A stretch of DNA of 63,365 nucleotides, counting the filler, from Saprolegnia diclina VS20 (lineage: Eukaryota): the NCBI RefSeq assembly GCF_000281045.1. It is 5 parts of 2 records of this genome, joined end to end, with 100 filler letters (N's around TTAATTAATTAA, not from the genome) between each part and the next. Parts side by side here need not be neighbours in the genome. Positions count along the whole stretch, not along the records: positions 61,500 to 63,365 come from NW_008246127.1; 4 more parts are not named here. One strand, 5' to 3'. Numbering within the stretch: the first letter of the stretch is position 1; each line of letters starts with the position of its first letter. Under the pieces are notes generated by a model. It had not been told where the DNA came from. It was given only the letters and a program-made list of their open reading frames with translations, and did not search any database. The translations under genes and the position numbers were made by a program. This document shows positions 61,500-63,365 of the stretch, piece after piece.

Positions 61500-62307
61500 G
61501 AAGACTGGAAGCTGCAGCGCTTGCCGGCGGACCCGATCCAGCGTCGCACGAGCTTCCATGCCATGCTGGACGCCGAGTATGACCGCCTCGAGAGCGTCTT
61601 CCTCGCCCAGCGTCTGCATGACGCCACCGAGACGTGTACCCACTTGGACGTCACATGCGACGACGACCAACTCTTGCTCACAAGCACAATGGTGTGTACG
61701 GTCCACGCAGATATGCAGCGCGTCGCGAATGCGCTGTGGGCAATCTATTCGCAGGAAGTCCCCGTCGTGCTCGAGTCGGGTGCGCTTCTGGTACACGCTT
61801 CCTCCAATGCAGTAGCTCATTGAACGTCGTAGGCGCTGCCACGTGTCGATGAGGCGACGCGCTACACCAAGCTGCTCTTGCGCTACCCCGGCAACTTTGA
61901 GCTGCACGGCAACATGGCCAGTAAGCGCTACGACGAGTCGAGTTCGCGTATCGCGTTCACCATGCGCATCGTGCTTGACGACGAGCTATACCCGTACCCG
62001 CCCGAAGTCTACGTACCCCAAGAGTCAGCTTGGTACCTCGATACCTTGACCCTGTTGATACAACGATAGCACTGCTAGGTTTGTCATCGAGCGGACTGGC
62101 GCGAATACGAGCCGCATCAAGTACTTTAGCCGTGGCCACGTGCCGTGCAAGAGCTACCGCGATGCCTCCCGCCACCGCGATACGGACTTGAGCTTCTCGG
62201 CACTGGCCGACCACGTGCTTGCTGGCTATCGCAGCAACTTGCAGACGATGCAAACACGAATCGAACGCCACCTCTTCGAGTCGCTACCCATTTTTTTTGC
62301 TGTGTAA
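61500..62307 (+). CDS. Oomycete START-fold-like hypothetical protein, 5'-partial, two introns
   Basis: Spliced frame W...LPADP..RR...RIVLDDELYPYP...ESAW|FVIERTG...SRIKYF, typical of an expanded oomycete family. Confidence 0.6.
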
Positions 62308-62499
62308 CAACAATATGTACTACTGCAATACCCGATGCATCCATATTTATTAACGCTCGTATCTGAAGTCCCGCGCAGGACCAGAGACCTTGGCAAAAGA
62401 GCTTCCTCAACCCGCGCTCAAGGTAGCTTCGGCTCACGTCGCGCCGCTTGATACTTTGACAGACTGAAAGTGCATGTATTGCTGAGAGTGGGATGGCTA

Positions 62500-62780
62500 C
62501 TTTCGACGCTTTTGCAAACGGGTGTGCGTCCGGCACATCCCACGTAGTCGGCAGCGATACCGTGACGATACGCCACATCTCGATGTCATAAGCGTACTCG
62601 ACGCCCCGCCAGCGCAGGGCTGAGCACGGCCGATGCGCGGTCGAGGTAGTAGACGCCGTTGTAGAGCCACCGGTCGGTCGTGTAGAGGTACTTGGCGCCT
62701 GCGTACAAGAGGAGCGAGTGGGTCGCACACGTCGGAGCTGCCGCTCGGCGATAGCAAAATGCCAGTCCCGTCACGAGATA
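62500..62780 (-). pseudogene. Frameshifted C-terminal fragment of a Saprolegniales multi-TM protein family
   Basis: HSLLLYAGAKYLY...W...VYYLDRASAVL / RWRGVEYAYDIEMWR lie in different frames. Confidence 0.5.
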
Positions 62781-63365
62781 GCAGAGACAATTGCAGGTAC
62801 AGACCGTCTTCGTTGGCCATGTTCACGGCCCTGGCAGATTGCCCTAACCCTCCCCAGCCCCCAACGCGGTTGGACGGACGCACGAAGCCACGCCTACGGG
62901 TCACGCTGATGACGCGCCTATGATAGCCATGCGTGACTGCAAGGTGGCGGTAGAGCGACTCGCTCGACCAGAGCTTCAATGGTGCATATATGGACTGTGG
63001 TACATGATAGACGCCGACTCGTCGCCTTTGCGTCATATATGTTTGGTTACCGACGGTGCGTGCGAGGCGTCCGTGACGCACCTTCCGTCGCACGCAACAC
63101 TGCTATCAGCGCTGATTAGGGTCCGTCCCGTGGTCTTGTATGGATCGATCGATGTACAATGTGTGGAGAGTGAGGTCAGCACGTTGCCGTATAAGAGGTG
63201 CTCTTTCGGCATAATAGCACCCGAGTGTGGTCAAGCGCACCCACATCTCCATTTTCATATCATTTTTAGCGGATCCGTCGAGAACCGACGACCTCCTCGC
63301 GCTCGACGACCTCGAGTTGGCATGGGACCTCGACCTGCCAACGCGACCCAAGCGACAGCGCAAGC

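Overview
Eukaryotic genomic DNA from a GC-rich oomycete, most likely Saprolegniales (Saprolegnia/Achlya-like). This is inferred from 41-55 nt GT-AG introns, oomycete INR/FPR core promoters, and lineage-typical ricin-B, ankyrin and HSF families. The window is a draft assembly: it has N-gaps and four artificial N44-TTAATTAATTAA-N44 linkers, so it is five unrelated pieces. Genes include a tandem array of lipase-like alpha/beta-hydrolases (three partial copies plus one inverted pseudogene), a membrane protein, a PH/START-like protein, a head-to-head inverted pair of HSF-type factors, a ricin-B lectin, an intron-rich P5B ATPase, a WS/DGAT, a DUF6604-like gene, two divergent DUF1295 paralogs, a mucin-like protein, an ankyrin protein, a GDP-mannose transporter and a TOR kinase with 8 introns. 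Mobile DNA includes Helitron and Ty3/gypsy relics, and an internally deleted hAT element carrying a nested gypsy LTR-gag-protease fragment whose empty insertion site is also in the window. The most notable observations are an in-frame TAG in the otherwise intact TOR, the palindromic HSF duplication, the filled/empty hAT site, a spliced 74-aa tail-anchored microprotein, a decayed triple Myb/SANT-like repeat gene, and a possibly transposase-derived ORF abutting TOR. No rRNA, tRNA or CRISPR array was seen. All family assignments come from motif recognition by eye, not database searches.
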